Positions 16,367-25,215 of a stretch of 64,000 nucleotides of DNA are shown here, in pieces. The stretch covers positions 5,263 through 69,262 of the forward strand of contig CAZUXA010000010.1 in the NCBI GenBank assembly GCA_964624405.1, given 5' to 3'. The notes beneath the pieces were generated by a model. The model was not told the DNA's origin. It saw only the letters and a list, made by a program, of their open reading frames with translations, and ran no database searches. Every line of letters starts with the position of its first letter. Positions within the stretch are counted from its first letter, which is position 1. Origin of the DNA: an uncultured bacterium. Its GTDB lineage: Bacteria; Fermentibacterota; Fermentibacteria; Fermentibacterales; JCC-6. Position numbers and translations under genes: made by a program.

Positions 16367-18643
16367 ATGAAAGTCCCCGATCTTTTTGAAAGCCTGGAAA
16401 CTCCCGACACCCCCGCCGCCGAACCAATCGACCAGGGGTTCACGCCTTCTGAACCCCAACTGTCTCCCAACGCCTTGCGGGTTCTGTCCAGGCGCTATCT
16501 TCAGCGCTCTCAGGATGGGGGAATTCTGGAAACTCCGGGAGAGTTGTTCAGAAGGGTGGCCGGAGCCGCCGCAGTGGCGGAAGCCCGTTGGGGCGCCGAT
16601 GTATCGCATTGGACCCGGGTTTTCTACGGGATGATGGCCAGAAGGGAGTTCCTTCCCAACTCACCAACGCTGATCAACGCCGGCGGCGCCATGGGCCAGC
16701 TTTCCGCCTGCTTCGTGCTTCCGGTTGAAGACAGCATGGAAAGCATTTTCACCGCGGTGAAGAACACCGCGCTGATCCACAAGAGCGGAGGAGGAACCGG
16801 CTTTTCCTTCAGCCGAATCAGGCCCGCCGATGATGTGGTGCACACCACCAGGGGAGTTTCCAGCGGCCCAATATCCTTCATGTCGGTTTTCGACAGGGCC
16901 ACCGACACCGTGAAGCAGGGGGGGGTGAGGCGGGGCGCCAACATGGCTGTTCTCAGGGTGGATCACCCGGACATCATGAGTTTCATCAATGTGAAGAGGG
17001 ACATGTCCCTGCTGAACAACTTCAACCTATCGGTGGCCCTGACCGATTCCTTCATGCTTGCTCTGGAACAGGACGGGGATTACGGCCTTGTAAATCCCAG
17101 AACCGGGGAGATCACCGGAGTGCTGAGCGCGTCTGAGGTTTTCAACGCCCTTGTGGATTCCGCCTGGGCCAGCGGGGAACCGGGCATCATTTTCATCGAC
17201 CGGATCAACCGGGCAAATCCCACCCCCAACGTGGGAGATATCGAGGCTACCAATCCCTGCGGCGAACAGCCCCTGCTTCCCTACGAGGCCTGTAATCTGG
17301 GTTCCGTCAATCTGAGCCTCATGGCGGTTTCCGGGGGGAAGTCGGTGAACTGGACCCTGCTCGAGAAAACGGTTCGTAATGGAATCAGGTTCCTTGACGA
17401 TGTCATCGATGTAAACCGCTATCCCCTGCCGGAGATAGCCGCCATGGTGGCGGGAAACAGGAAGGTGGGCCTCGGGGTAATGGGCTTCGCCGAACTCCTG
17501 TTCAGGATGGGGGTTCCCTACGACAGCGAGGAAGCCCTGGCACTGGCCGAGGAGATCATGAGCTTCATAGCGGACAAGGCCGGCAGCGAAAGCGCTGAAC
17601 TCGCCAGGGTAAGGGGCCCGTTTCCCAACTTCAAGGGCAGCCTTTACCACACCGGCGGCATGCCTCCCAGAAGAAACGCCACGGTGACCACCATCGCCCC
17701 CACCGGCTCCATCAGCATCATCGCCGGCTGTTCCAGCGGAATAGAGCCGGTTTTCGCCCTTGCTTTCACCAGGAAGAACCTTCTGGACCAGGGGGAAGAG
17801 ATGAGGGATGTTGTCTCCTGCTTCTCCGAAACCGCGGTTGAACAGGGGTTCCATTCCGAGGAACTCATGGCCCTTCTGGCGGAGAGGGGCAGCGTTCGGG
17901 GCATGGATGGCGTGCCGGAGGAAGTGAAAAGGGTTTTCGTCACCTCCCACGACATCGCTCCGGAATGGCACGTAAGAATGCAGGCGGCGTTCCAGAAGTT
18001 CACCGACAACGCTGTGAGCAAAACCGTCAATCTGCCCCGAAGCGCCACCAGAGAGGATGTTGCCCGGGTGTTCCAAATGGCGGACCGGCTGGGCTGCAAG
18101 GGGGTAACGATCTACCGGGACGGAAGCCGTGACCGTCAGGTGCTGAACCTGGAAAGAAAGGAGCCGGCCCGGGAATCATCCTCCGAACCCCGTTATCGGC
18201 CCGAGTTCGTGACCGGGGTCACCAGAAGAATGAAGACTGGATGCGGAGACCTTTTCGTAACCATCAACTCGGATGAACAGGGCCCGGTGGAGGTGTTCGG
18301 CCGTCTGGGCAAGGCGGGAGGATGCGCTTCAAGCCAGGGCGAAGCCCTTTGCAGGATAATCAGCATCGCGCTTCAGAACAATGTTTCTCCCCGGGATATT
18401 GTTCGGGAGCTCAAGGGCATCAGCTGCAACCGGCCTGCATGGCAATCCGGTGAGAAGGTGCACAGCTGCGCCGACGCCATCGCCCGCACCCTTGAAACCA
18501 GGGGGACCGGGGAAGGGGACGGCGGGGAAGAGCCTGTTCAGGGGAGTCACACCGGAGCCTGTCCCCAGTGCGGGGGAAGCCTCAGGCATGAATCCGGTTG
18601 CGTATCCTGCTCCCAGGAATGCGGTTACAACGAATGTGGATGA
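16367..18643 (+). CDS. nrdJ: Adenosylcobalamin-dependent ribonucleotide reductase (class II)
   Basis: ORF 16340..18643 trimmed to the ATG at 16367 (MKVPDLF). Motifs LPNSPTLINAG, SACFVL, HKSGGGTGFSFS and ATNPCGEQPLLPYEACNLGSVNL. C-terminal Zn ribbon CPQCGG...CVSCSQECG. Confidence 0.92.
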   Translation: MKVPDLFESLETPDTPAAEPIDQGFTPSEPQLSPNALRVLSRRYLQRSQDGGILETPGELFRRVAGAAAVAEARWGADVSHWTRVFYGMMARREFLPNSPTLINAGGAMGQLSACFVLPVEDSMESIFTAVKNTALIHKSGGGTGFSFSRIRPADDVVHTTRGVSSGPISFMSVFDRATDTVKQGGVRRGANMAVLRVDHPDIMSFINVKRDMSLLNNFNLSVALTDSFMLALEQDGDYGLVNPRTGEITGVLSASEVFNALVDSAWASGEPGIIFIDRINRANPTPNVGDIEATNPCGEQPLLPYEACNLGSVNLSLMAVSGGKSVNWTLLEKTVRNGIRFLDDVIDVNRYPLPEIAAMVAGNRKVGLGVMGFAELLFRMGVPYDSEEALALAEEIMSFIADKAGSESAELARVRGPFPNFKGSLYHTGGMPPRRNATVTTIAPTGSISIIAGCSSGIEPVFALAFTRKNLLDQGEEMRDVVSCFSETAVEQGFHSEELMALLAERGSVRGMDGVPEEVKRVFVTSHDIAPEWHVRMQAAFQKFTDNAVSKTVNLPRSATREDVARVFQMADRLGCKGVTIYRDGSRDRQVLNLERKEPARESSSEPRYRPEFVTGVTRRMKTGCGDLFVTINSDEQGPVEVFGRLGKAGGCASSQGEALCRIISIALQNNVSPRDIVRELKGISCNRPAWQSGEKVHSCADAIARTLETRGTGEGDGGEEPVQGSHTGACPQCGGSLRHESGCVSCSQECGYNECG

Positions 18644-18652
18644 TGATCCGGG

Positions 18653-18877
18653 TCAGGCTTCGCCGCCTGCCAGTTCTTCAAGGGCTGTACCCAGGGCCTG
18701 GTGAACCTTCGTCATCAGTTCGGGGGACAGTGTTATCCCTTTTTTCGTTGGTTTCCATTCCCCGTCCTCGGACATGTAATAGGTTCTTACTTCGATGTAC
18801 TGACGGCCCTTGAACTCGGTGGCGTTCACCCTGACCAGGTCTTCGCCCTTTTCGATGTCCGCGTAATTCTTGTCCAT
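18653..18877 (-). CDS. PC4/p15-like single-stranded DNA-binding protein (YdbC-like)
   Basis: ORF 18653..18904 trimmed to MDKNYADIEK. RVNATEFKGRQYIEVRTYY...WKPTKKGITL matches the PC4-fold pattern. Confidence 0.6.
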   Translation of the reverse strand: MDKNYADIEKGEDLVRVNATEFKGRQYIEVRTYYMSEDGEWKPTKKGITLSPELMTKVHQALGTALEELAGGEA

Positions 18878-18933
18878 GAATGCTGTCCTTTCAGGTTTCC
18901 GCAAGCCGGTACACTTTGCGGATTACCTGCGTC

Positions 18934-18962
18934 TCGTCAAGGGCGGGCCGGATTGGTAGAAT
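18934..18962 (+). promoter_or_regulatory. Candidate sigma70-type promoter for the PAS sensor gene
   Basis: TCGTCA (18934-18939), 17-bp spacer, then TAGAAT (18957-18962) preceded by TGg (extended -10-like). About 70 nt upstream of the ATG at 19031. Confidence 0.3.
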
Positions 18963-19030
18963 TCAAGCAATCCTTTCAAGGGAGGTGCGGGATCGTAGCC
19001 AAACGGTTTCCGGAGGTCAACCCGGAACTG

Positions 19031-21343
19031 ATGATTGATGGAGTCGACTGCTGCGTTATCGTAATCGACCCGGATATGCGGCTGAAGTACATGAACGCCG
19101 CCGCGGAAGCTCTTGCCAATCCAAAGAAGCCCTCTGTGAAGCAGGAAACCACATGTCATGGACGGCTTTTCGGCCTTGGCAAGCCATGCCCCGGCTGTCC
19201 CGCCGCAGGTGCGCTTTCTTCCGGCCATGCGGTTGCCGGGGAGATTGCGTTCGGCAATCGGGTTTTCAAGGTCAACGCGATCCCCGACACCGAATCGGGC
19301 CTTCTGGTGTGCTGCAACAGGGAAACCACCGAAACCGCCGCCCTCCTCGCCAGGCTGAGGGAGGGTGACAGGCAGTATTCAAGGGTTATCAACGGGATTC
19401 CCATGGGCGTCATGATCGGTGAGATCATTTCGGACAGGAAGGGCAAGCCGGTGGACTATGTGATTACCCATGTCAACCCGGCTTTCGAAGACCACACCGG
19501 TGTTCCCGGGGATAGAGTTCTGAACCGTAGAATTACAGGAATTTTTCCCGGAATGTCCAACCTTGGGATAGACCTGTTCGCAAATGTGGTGATAACCGGC
19601 GAGCCGGTGGAGAGATTCGGTTTCTCCACCGTGATTCAGCGGTACATGAATTTTTTCGTGTTCTGCCTTGAGCCTGGAAAGTTCGCCTGCATTCTGAACG
19701 ATCTGACCCGGAAGAAGGCGGTGGAGGAAAGGCTTCGGCTTGTGGAGAGCGCCGTGGAAGCCAGCACCGATGAGATCTACTTTCTGAACGATGACGGATA
19801 CTTCATTTATGGGAACGCCTCCGTGGCGGAAAACCTGGGAATCAACCGTAATGAACTGAAGAACACCCATATCTCCGGGCTGAACCCCTCGGCCACCCGG
19901 GAGTGGTGGAGTGACTTCATGGAGCAGCTGAAAATCAGGGGGCACTTTCAGATCGAGTCATTCCACCGCAGAGCGGACGGCTCACTGCATCCCGTTGAGC
20001 TCAGCAGCACCCTGGTAGAAAACCACCGATCGCTGATCGTCAGCACCATCGCCCGGGACAGCACGGTTCAGACCGAGGAACTCACCGCATTGAGCCGGAA
20101 TCGCAACAGCCTGGAGAACGCCCTTTCGACCGCATCCCTTGCGTTCTGGACCTATCTTCCCGGTTCGGGCAAATTCAGTTCGGACGGCAGGTGGGCGGCC
20201 CTGACCGACCAGGGAACCCTTCCCCTCTCGGGCGACGGGGAACAGCAGCTTTTCTCCGCGATACACCGCTGTGACCGCAGAAGACTTCGGGTGGAACTGA
20301 CTTCCAGCCCTTATGAAAGCGGCACCAGTATCTGCAGGCTTGCCTTCGAGGATGACTCCCGCTGGGTGAGGATCAAATGGCGCCGCTCCAGCGACAAGGA
20401 CGGGCTGAAGGTCACAGCGGTCTGCGAAGACATATCCTCGGAGAAGCTTCTGGGCCTTGCCGGCTCCGGAAGCGATTCTACCGCCATGGATGTACTCCTC
20501 GCATACGCACGGGAGACGCACTCCAGGCTGAAACACGCTCTGGGCGCATGTGAGGACGGTGACCTTGAAGCTGCTCATCGCCTTCTCTCTGACATGGCTT
20601 CGGACATGGAGTTCATCACCGCCGACGGCGAAATCTGCGAAAATGTGGTTTACCTCGAGGGGTTCCTCAGGGAGATTGCTTCAACCGTAGGCGGTCTTCT
20701 CGGTCCGGAAAGCGTCTTCTCGGTTGATGTTCCCTCGGTAGCCGCGGTTCGCTGCGATCCTGAACTGCTGGAGCGCTTTTTTCTCAGGCTGGGCGGTTTC
20801 GCCGGCCATTCCATGCCTGAGGGAACCTCAATGAGGGTCTGGGTCCTGTCCGGAGGCGGTGCCTGCGGCTTGATGAGGATAACCATCGACCTTGACTGTC
20901 CCCGCAGGATCACCGGCATCAGCTCCGGCCACCCTGCCCTGCTGGAGGCATACGCCGCCATCAGGGCCATGCGGGGCAAAGTGTTCGGGGAGAAAACGGA
21001 AAACGGCCTGCGGATCACCGTGACCCTGCCTTCGGCGGTGCTGGAACCATCGGGCAGGGTTGTAGTGGCCACCGACGATGCGGTTGAAGGCCGGACCGTG
21101 GCCACGGTTCTCAGACAGATGAGCCTCAGTGTGGTGGATTGCCGCAGCGGAACGGAAGCCATGGAGAATCTTAAACCAGGTGACGCCCTGATAATCTCAT
21201 CGAGACTTAAAGACTTTCCCTCGGACATGCCGGTGAGAACCCTGGTTCTCGGTTCAGGTTATCAGGGCCCCGCGGCGAACCTTGCCCGTTCCTGGACAAT
21301 AACAAGCCTCAGAGCCGCCATCCGACGGATGCTGCTGCGTTGA
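19031..21343 (+). CDS. Multi-PAS sensor protein with degenerate kinase-like and pseudo-receiver C-terminal modules
   Basis: ORF 18701..21343 trimmed to the first ATG beyond the antisense PC4 gene (MIDGVDCCVIVID). Several PAS-like repeats. First PAS carries CHGRLFGLGKPCPGCP. The C-terminus VVVATDDAVEGR...GDALIISS resembles a receiver domain but has Ser at the acceptor position. Confidence 0.7.
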   Translation: MIDGVDCCVIVIDPDMRLKYMNAAAEALANPKKPSVKQETTCHGRLFGLGKPCPGCPAAGALSSGHAVAGEIAFGNRVFKVNAIPDTESGLLVCCNRETTETAALLARLREGDRQYSRVINGIPMGVMIGEIISDRKGKPVDYVITHVNPAFEDHTGVPGDRVLNRRITGIFPGMSNLGIDLFANVVITGEPVERFGFSTVIQRYMNFFVFCLEPGKFACILNDLTRKKAVEERLRLVESAVEASTDEIYFLNDDGYFIYGNASVAENLGINRNELKNTHISGLNPSATREWWSDFMEQLKIRGHFQIESFHRRADGSLHPVELSSTLVENHRSLIVSTIARDSTVQTEELTALSRNRNSLENALSTASLAFWTYLPGSGKFSSDGRWAALTDQGTLPLSGDGEQQLFSAIHRCDRRRLRVELTSSPYESGTSICRLAFEDDSRWVRIKWRRSSDKDGLKVTAVCEDISSEKLLGLAGSGSDSTAMDVLLAYARETHSRLKHALGACEDGDLEAAHRLLSDMASDMEFITADGEICENVVYLEGFLREIASTVGGLLGPESVFSVDVPSVAAVRCDPELLERFFLRLGGFAGHSMPEGTSMRVWVLSGGGACGLMRITIDLDCPRRITGISSGHPALLEAYAAIRAMRGKVFGEKTENGLRITVTLPSAVLEPSGRVVVATDDAVEGRTVATVLRQMSLSVVDCRSGTEAMENLKPGDALIISSRLKDFPSDMPVRTLVLGSGYQGPAANLARSWTITSLRAAIRRMLLR

Positions 21344-21357
21344 CAATCGCCTGAATC

Positions 21358-23550
21358 CTATTTGAAAATGCCATGAAAATCCACTTTTTCACTGGCAAGC
21401 ACCAGGGCTGTGGTGGGAAGCCCTTCCGTGCCTTTCAGAAGACCCTCGTAGTACCCGCTGTAGGTTTCGGCGTTTTCGTCGGGTTCCGGCGCCCGGAGCC
21501 CAATCAGAACCAGACGGGCATCGCCGCTGCTTTCCCTGATGGTGTGAAGGGGGTTGCCGGAGGTGGAGCGAACAAGCCTGTAGCCGGCATTCAGCCTTGA
21601 GCTTTGGAGAAACGCGTCCAGGTGTTTTTCAACGCCTTCCCGCTCCTTGTCGCTTTGAAACACCATGTTGATCATCAGGCGGGCGTTCTTCCAGTCAGGG
21701 CTTTTCCGAATCAGGTGGGACAGTGCCAGCATGAAACCCGCGTTGCTTCCCTTGCCCCTCCACCACACATCGATCCTTTCGTCTGTTACCGATTCGGACG
21801 GAGCCTGCCCTTCCCGAACGATGACCAGGTTGCGCTGCCTTTTGGCCGCCTGAATGATGAACCGGGCGTATTCCACGAACCGGGTTTTGTCCTCGGTTTC
21901 ACCGATGAGGATGGTGTTGGGGACCAGGGGTCCGAAGCCATAGGTGTTTATCAGGTTCCGACCGCCTTCGAAGGGATCCCCGGCGACGACGGTTTTAACA
22001 AGTGAGTGAATCCTCTCCCGCTTGAGATAATCCCGAAGGGAGGTCTCGGCGGCTCGAACCCTTTCGTCGGAGGATCCTTCGGGAAGAACCATGGCAAGGG
22101 TGACCAGACAGGTATCCTGTGAGATGGCCTCGGCCAGGTCCACCAGGTAGAACCGCTGGGTTGGCGGGCCGCTGAGCACCAGCAGATTTGGCTTCCATGA
22201 TCGTTCGTCGGCTTCCTTCTCCGTCAGCTTGTACAGCGAATACCGGGTCAGAAGCATCAGGAGCCCGTAACGCATGTCGCCCCAGCGGGCCTTTACCCTC
22301 CGGCGTTTGACCAGGAAGTAGATGGACCCGCAGACCAGCGCCGCGATGATGGTCGCGCCGGCATTGATCATGAGCATGGCCATGGCGCACATCAGGGAGC
22401 CCAGCAGGGACAGACCCCACCACACCCTGAACTGCGGCCGCCATGACGGGCTGGCGATGATGGTTTCCATTCCCGCGGAGAAGTTGAGGAAACCGTATGA
22501 GGTAAGGAAGAACATCGAAAGAACCGGGGCGATCAGGTTGAGATCCCCGGCAAGAATTCCAACCAGCGCGATACAGAACACCAGCGCCGTGGCCAGCCTG
22601 GGGTCGTTGCCCTTTCCGAACCCTCTGCCCAGAAACCGGGGGGCGACACCGTCTCTGGCCAGGGCCTGCAGTGTGCGGGGTGCGCCCAGGAGGGCGCCCA
22701 TGGCGCTGGAAAGCGAGGCGCCCCAGACGCCGAGCAGTACAAGGTTTCCGTAACGGGCCACATCCTGCATGATCAGCGGCCTGGTGAGAAGCAGAGAGGT
22801 GTCGGAAATCCTGGAGTTCAGGAATACCGGTATGGCCAGGTACACCAGCAACCCGCTGATCACCGCCGCCAGGGTTCCCACGGGAAGAGCCTTGGCGGGG
22901 TTCTTCAGGTCGCCGGACATGGCGATTCCCGCCTTGATGCCGGTCACAGCCGGAAAGAACACCGCGAAAACCGCCCAGAAGCCCAGCCTGACCGGCACCT
23001 GGGTCAGACTTGACGGATCCGGAGAAGGGAGATGTGAGCCGGCGAAGAATGAGATCAGTGACAACCCGATGGCGGTCATGATGATGAACTGGGACTTCAG
23101 GGCAAGGTCGGCGGATGTGTAGGCGAGAACCGAGAGAAGCAGAAGAGTCGCGACCCCGACCACAACCGGGGAAAGCATGGGGAAGACACTGGTCACCGCC
23201 TCGGAGAAACCGGCGATGTAGAACGAAACCCCCAGAGCCTGGGCAAGAAAGAGGGGCAGTCCGATGGCGGCGCCGGGCTCCAGACCCAGGGATCTGGAGA
23301 TCATGAAGTAGGCGCCGCCGCCGGCCACCTTCATGTTGGTGGCCAGGGCAGAAAGGGAGAAGCCGGTCAGAAGGGTGATAAGGTTGGCTGCGAGAACGAT
23401 GAGAATCGTCCGGGTTAACCCTACATTGCCCAGCACCCATCCGAACCGAAGGTACATGACCACGCCGAATATGGTGAGAACGCTGGGTGTGTAGACCCCC
23501 TTGAACCAGCCGAAACCATAGCCTTTTCCGGGATTCTCTTTCATCACCAC
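21358..23550 (-). CDS. Cation-chloride cotransporter family protein (SLC12/APC superfamily)
   Basis: 730 aa. N-terminus FGWFKGVYTPSVLTIFGVVMYLRFGWVLGNVG. Polytopic core followed by a ~300-aa cytoplasmic C-terminal domain. The start could instead be the ATG at 23544. Confidence 0.75.
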   Translation of the reverse strand: MVMKENPGKGYGFGWFKGVYTPSVLTIFGVVMYLRFGWVLGNVGLTRTILIVLAANLITLLTGFSLSALATNMKVAGGGAYFMISRSLGLEPGAAIGLPLFLAQALGVSFYIAGFSEAVTSVFPMLSPVVVGVATLLLLSVLAYTSADLALKSQFIIMTAIGLSLISFFAGSHLPSPDPSSLTQVPVRLGFWAVFAVFFPAVTGIKAGIAMSGDLKNPAKALPVGTLAAVISGLLVYLAIPVFLNSRISDTSLLLTRPLIMQDVARYGNLVLLGVWGASLSSAMGALLGAPRTLQALARDGVAPRFLGRGFGKGNDPRLATALVFCIALVGILAGDLNLIAPVLSMFFLTSYGFLNFSAGMETIIASPSWRPQFRVWWGLSLLGSLMCAMAMLMINAGATIIAALVCGSIYFLVKRRRVKARWGDMRYGLLMLLTRYSLYKLTEKEADERSWKPNLLVLSGPPTQRFYLVDLAEAISQDTCLVTLAMVLPEGSSDERVRAAETSLRDYLKRERIHSLVKTVVAGDPFEGGRNLINTYGFGPLVPNTILIGETEDKTRFVEYARFIIQAAKRQRNLVIVREGQAPSESVTDERIDVWWRGKGSNAGFMLALSHLIRKSPDWKNARLMINMVFQSDKEREGVEKHLDAFLQSSRLNAGYRLVRSTSGNPLHTIRESSGDARLVLIGLRAPEPDENAETYSGYYEGLLKGTEGLPTTALVLASEKVDFHGIFK

Positions 23551-23560
23551 GCAACCTCAG

Positions 23561-23944
23561 TCACTCCAGGCTGAATCCGCAGGGAAGAAGGCTTCCAAGA
23601 AGGAAGCGTGTCGGCTCTCCCCCGGCGCCGGACACGAGAACTTCGAAGTCATCGCCGCAGAACTCCCTCAGAACCTGCCTGCAAGCCCCGCAGGGGATGG
23701 GAAAGCCGTCCGGCGAGTAAATCAGAACTCTGCGAAAGGATTTTGCTCCCGAAGCCACAGCAGCGGCCAGGGCCGTCCGTTCCGCGCATACGGAAAGGCC
23801 CAGGGACGCGTTTTCCACATTCACGCCCCCATGGAGCTTTCCGGTTTCATCCTCCAGCACCGCGGTCACACGGAAACGGGAGTAGGGGCAGTGGCAGTTT
23901 GGAACCAGCTCTCTGGCCCGGTTCATAAGTTCATCGGTACTCAT
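23561..23944 (-). CDS. cdd: Cytidine deaminase
   Basis: ORF 23561..24136 trimmed to MSTDELMNRAREL (ATG at 23944, 14-nt overlap with the deoB end). Zn motifs CAERTAL and PCGACRQ. Confidence 0.88.
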   Translation of the reverse strand: MSTDELMNRARELVPNCHCPYSRFRVTAVLEDETGKLHGGVNVENASLGLSVCAERTALAAAVASGAKSFRRVLIYSPDGFPIPCGACRQVLREFCGDDFEVLVSGAGGEPTRFLLGSLLPCGFSLE

Positions 23945-25109
23945 GGTCACAACCTGTTCTGTGAAGAAAACTGCGTCCGGGAAACCCTTCGTCGAGGTTG
24001 AAGAACTCCGCCAAAGTGCATGCAATGTCCGAAAGAGTGCTTCGAACCCCCAGTGCCCTTCCCGGGCACCCCGGCGAAAAGACAAGCAGGGGAACATACT
24101 CCCGGGAGTGGTCGGTGCTGGGGGTTGTGGGGTCATTGCCGTGGTCGGCGGTTATGATGAGAATGTCCCCCGGGTTCAGAGGCGACAAAATCGAGGGGAT
24201 CGCGGCATCCACCTCCCTGAGACCCAGAATGAAGCCGTCGGGGTCGTTTCTGTGACCCCACCTGGTATCGAAATCCACCAGGTTCGCGAAGATCAGGCCC
24301 CGACGGGTTTCACGGATTTGGGAGAGAAGGACGGATATTCCCTCGGTGTTGGACTCCACATGGGTGGTGCTGATGTTCCGGTGGGCGAAGAGATCGTCGA
24401 GCTTTCCAACGCCAGTGACCGGGATGGCCCTCTCTGCAAGGCGGTCAAGCAGTGTTGGTCCGCTGGGAGGCAGCGAGAAATCCTTGCGAAACGGGGTTCT
24501 GTCGAAAAAACCGGGGCTTCCGGTGAAGGGCCGGGCGATGACTCTGGAAACCCCCAGCCCGTCGGTGAGAAGTTCTCTGGCGATGACGCAGCATTCGTAA
24601 AGCTCACGCAGGGGAACAACATCCTGGTGGGCGGCGATCTGAAAGACGCTGTCGGCGGAGGTGTAGACTATCAGGCTTCCGGTGGCCATGTGTTCCCGCC
24701 CCAGGCGTTCGATGATTTCAGTGCCGCTTTCCGCGGTGTTGCCCAGCCAGCCCCGGCGGCAGCGGGAGGACAGATCCTCGAGAAACCCCGGCGGAAAGCC
24801 TTCGGGGAATGTGGGGAACGGAGTTTCAAGAACAACTCCCATCATCTCCCAGTGGCCTGTGGTGCTGTCTTTTCCGGGGGACATGACCGCGGATTTGCCC
24901 CAGGAAGCCGAAGGGAATGGCACGGGTTTCACTCCGGGAATGTGGTGAAGATTTCCCAGGCCCATCTTCCCGAGTTCAGGGAGGCTGAGCCCTCCGCCGT
25001 GCCTGGCGGTGTTTCCCAGGGTGTCGCTTCCCTGGTCGCCGTACGCTCCGGCGTCGGGCATTTCTCCAACGCCGACGCCGTCCAGAACCAGAACTACAGC
25101 CTTGTTCAC
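23931..25109 (-). CDS. deoB: Phosphopentomutase
   Basis: MNKAVVLVLDGVGVGEMPDA N-terminus and DHGNDPT motif. 392 aa. Confidence 0.9.
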   Translation of the reverse strand: MNKAVVLVLDGVGVGEMPDAGAYGDQGSDTLGNTARHGGGLSLPELGKMGLGNLHHIPGVKPVPFPSASWGKSAVMSPGKDSTTGHWEMMGVVLETPFPTFPEGFPPGFLEDLSSRCRRGWLGNTAESGTEIIERLGREHMATGSLIVYTSADSVFQIAAHQDVVPLRELYECCVIARELLTDGLGVSRVIARPFTGSPGFFDRTPFRKDFSLPPSGPTLLDRLAERAIPVTGVGKLDDLFAHRNISTTHVESNTEGISVLLSQIRETRRGLIFANLVDFDTRWGHRNDPDGFILGLREVDAAIPSILSPLNPGDILIITADHGNDPTTPSTDHSREYVPLLVFSPGCPGRALGVRSTLSDIACTLAEFFNLDEGFPGRSFLHRTGCDHEYR

Positions 25110-25162
25110 ACCGTTCTTTCGTCGAAGTTCAAACGGAAGTTGCTCATACCTTCATCATCATA

Positions 25163-25209
25163 AGCAAAAACGAATCCCCCGGGCAGGCCCGAAAGCATGG
25201 GCGCCGGCC
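25163..25209 (-). terminator. Weak candidate intrinsic terminator after the NFACT gene
   Basis: Minus-strand sequence CCGGCGCCCatgctttcGGGCctgcCCGG forms an imperfect stem, followed by GGGATTCGTTTTTGCTT. The T-run is not immediately adjacent to the stem. Confidence 0.25.
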
Positions 25210-25215
25210 ACGGGG

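Noticed and set aside
18701-19030. First 110 codons of the 880-aa PAS ORF
   Set aside because: They are antisense to the PC4-like gene and span the divergent intergenic region. The first ATG beyond it (19031) begins a PAS-like domain.
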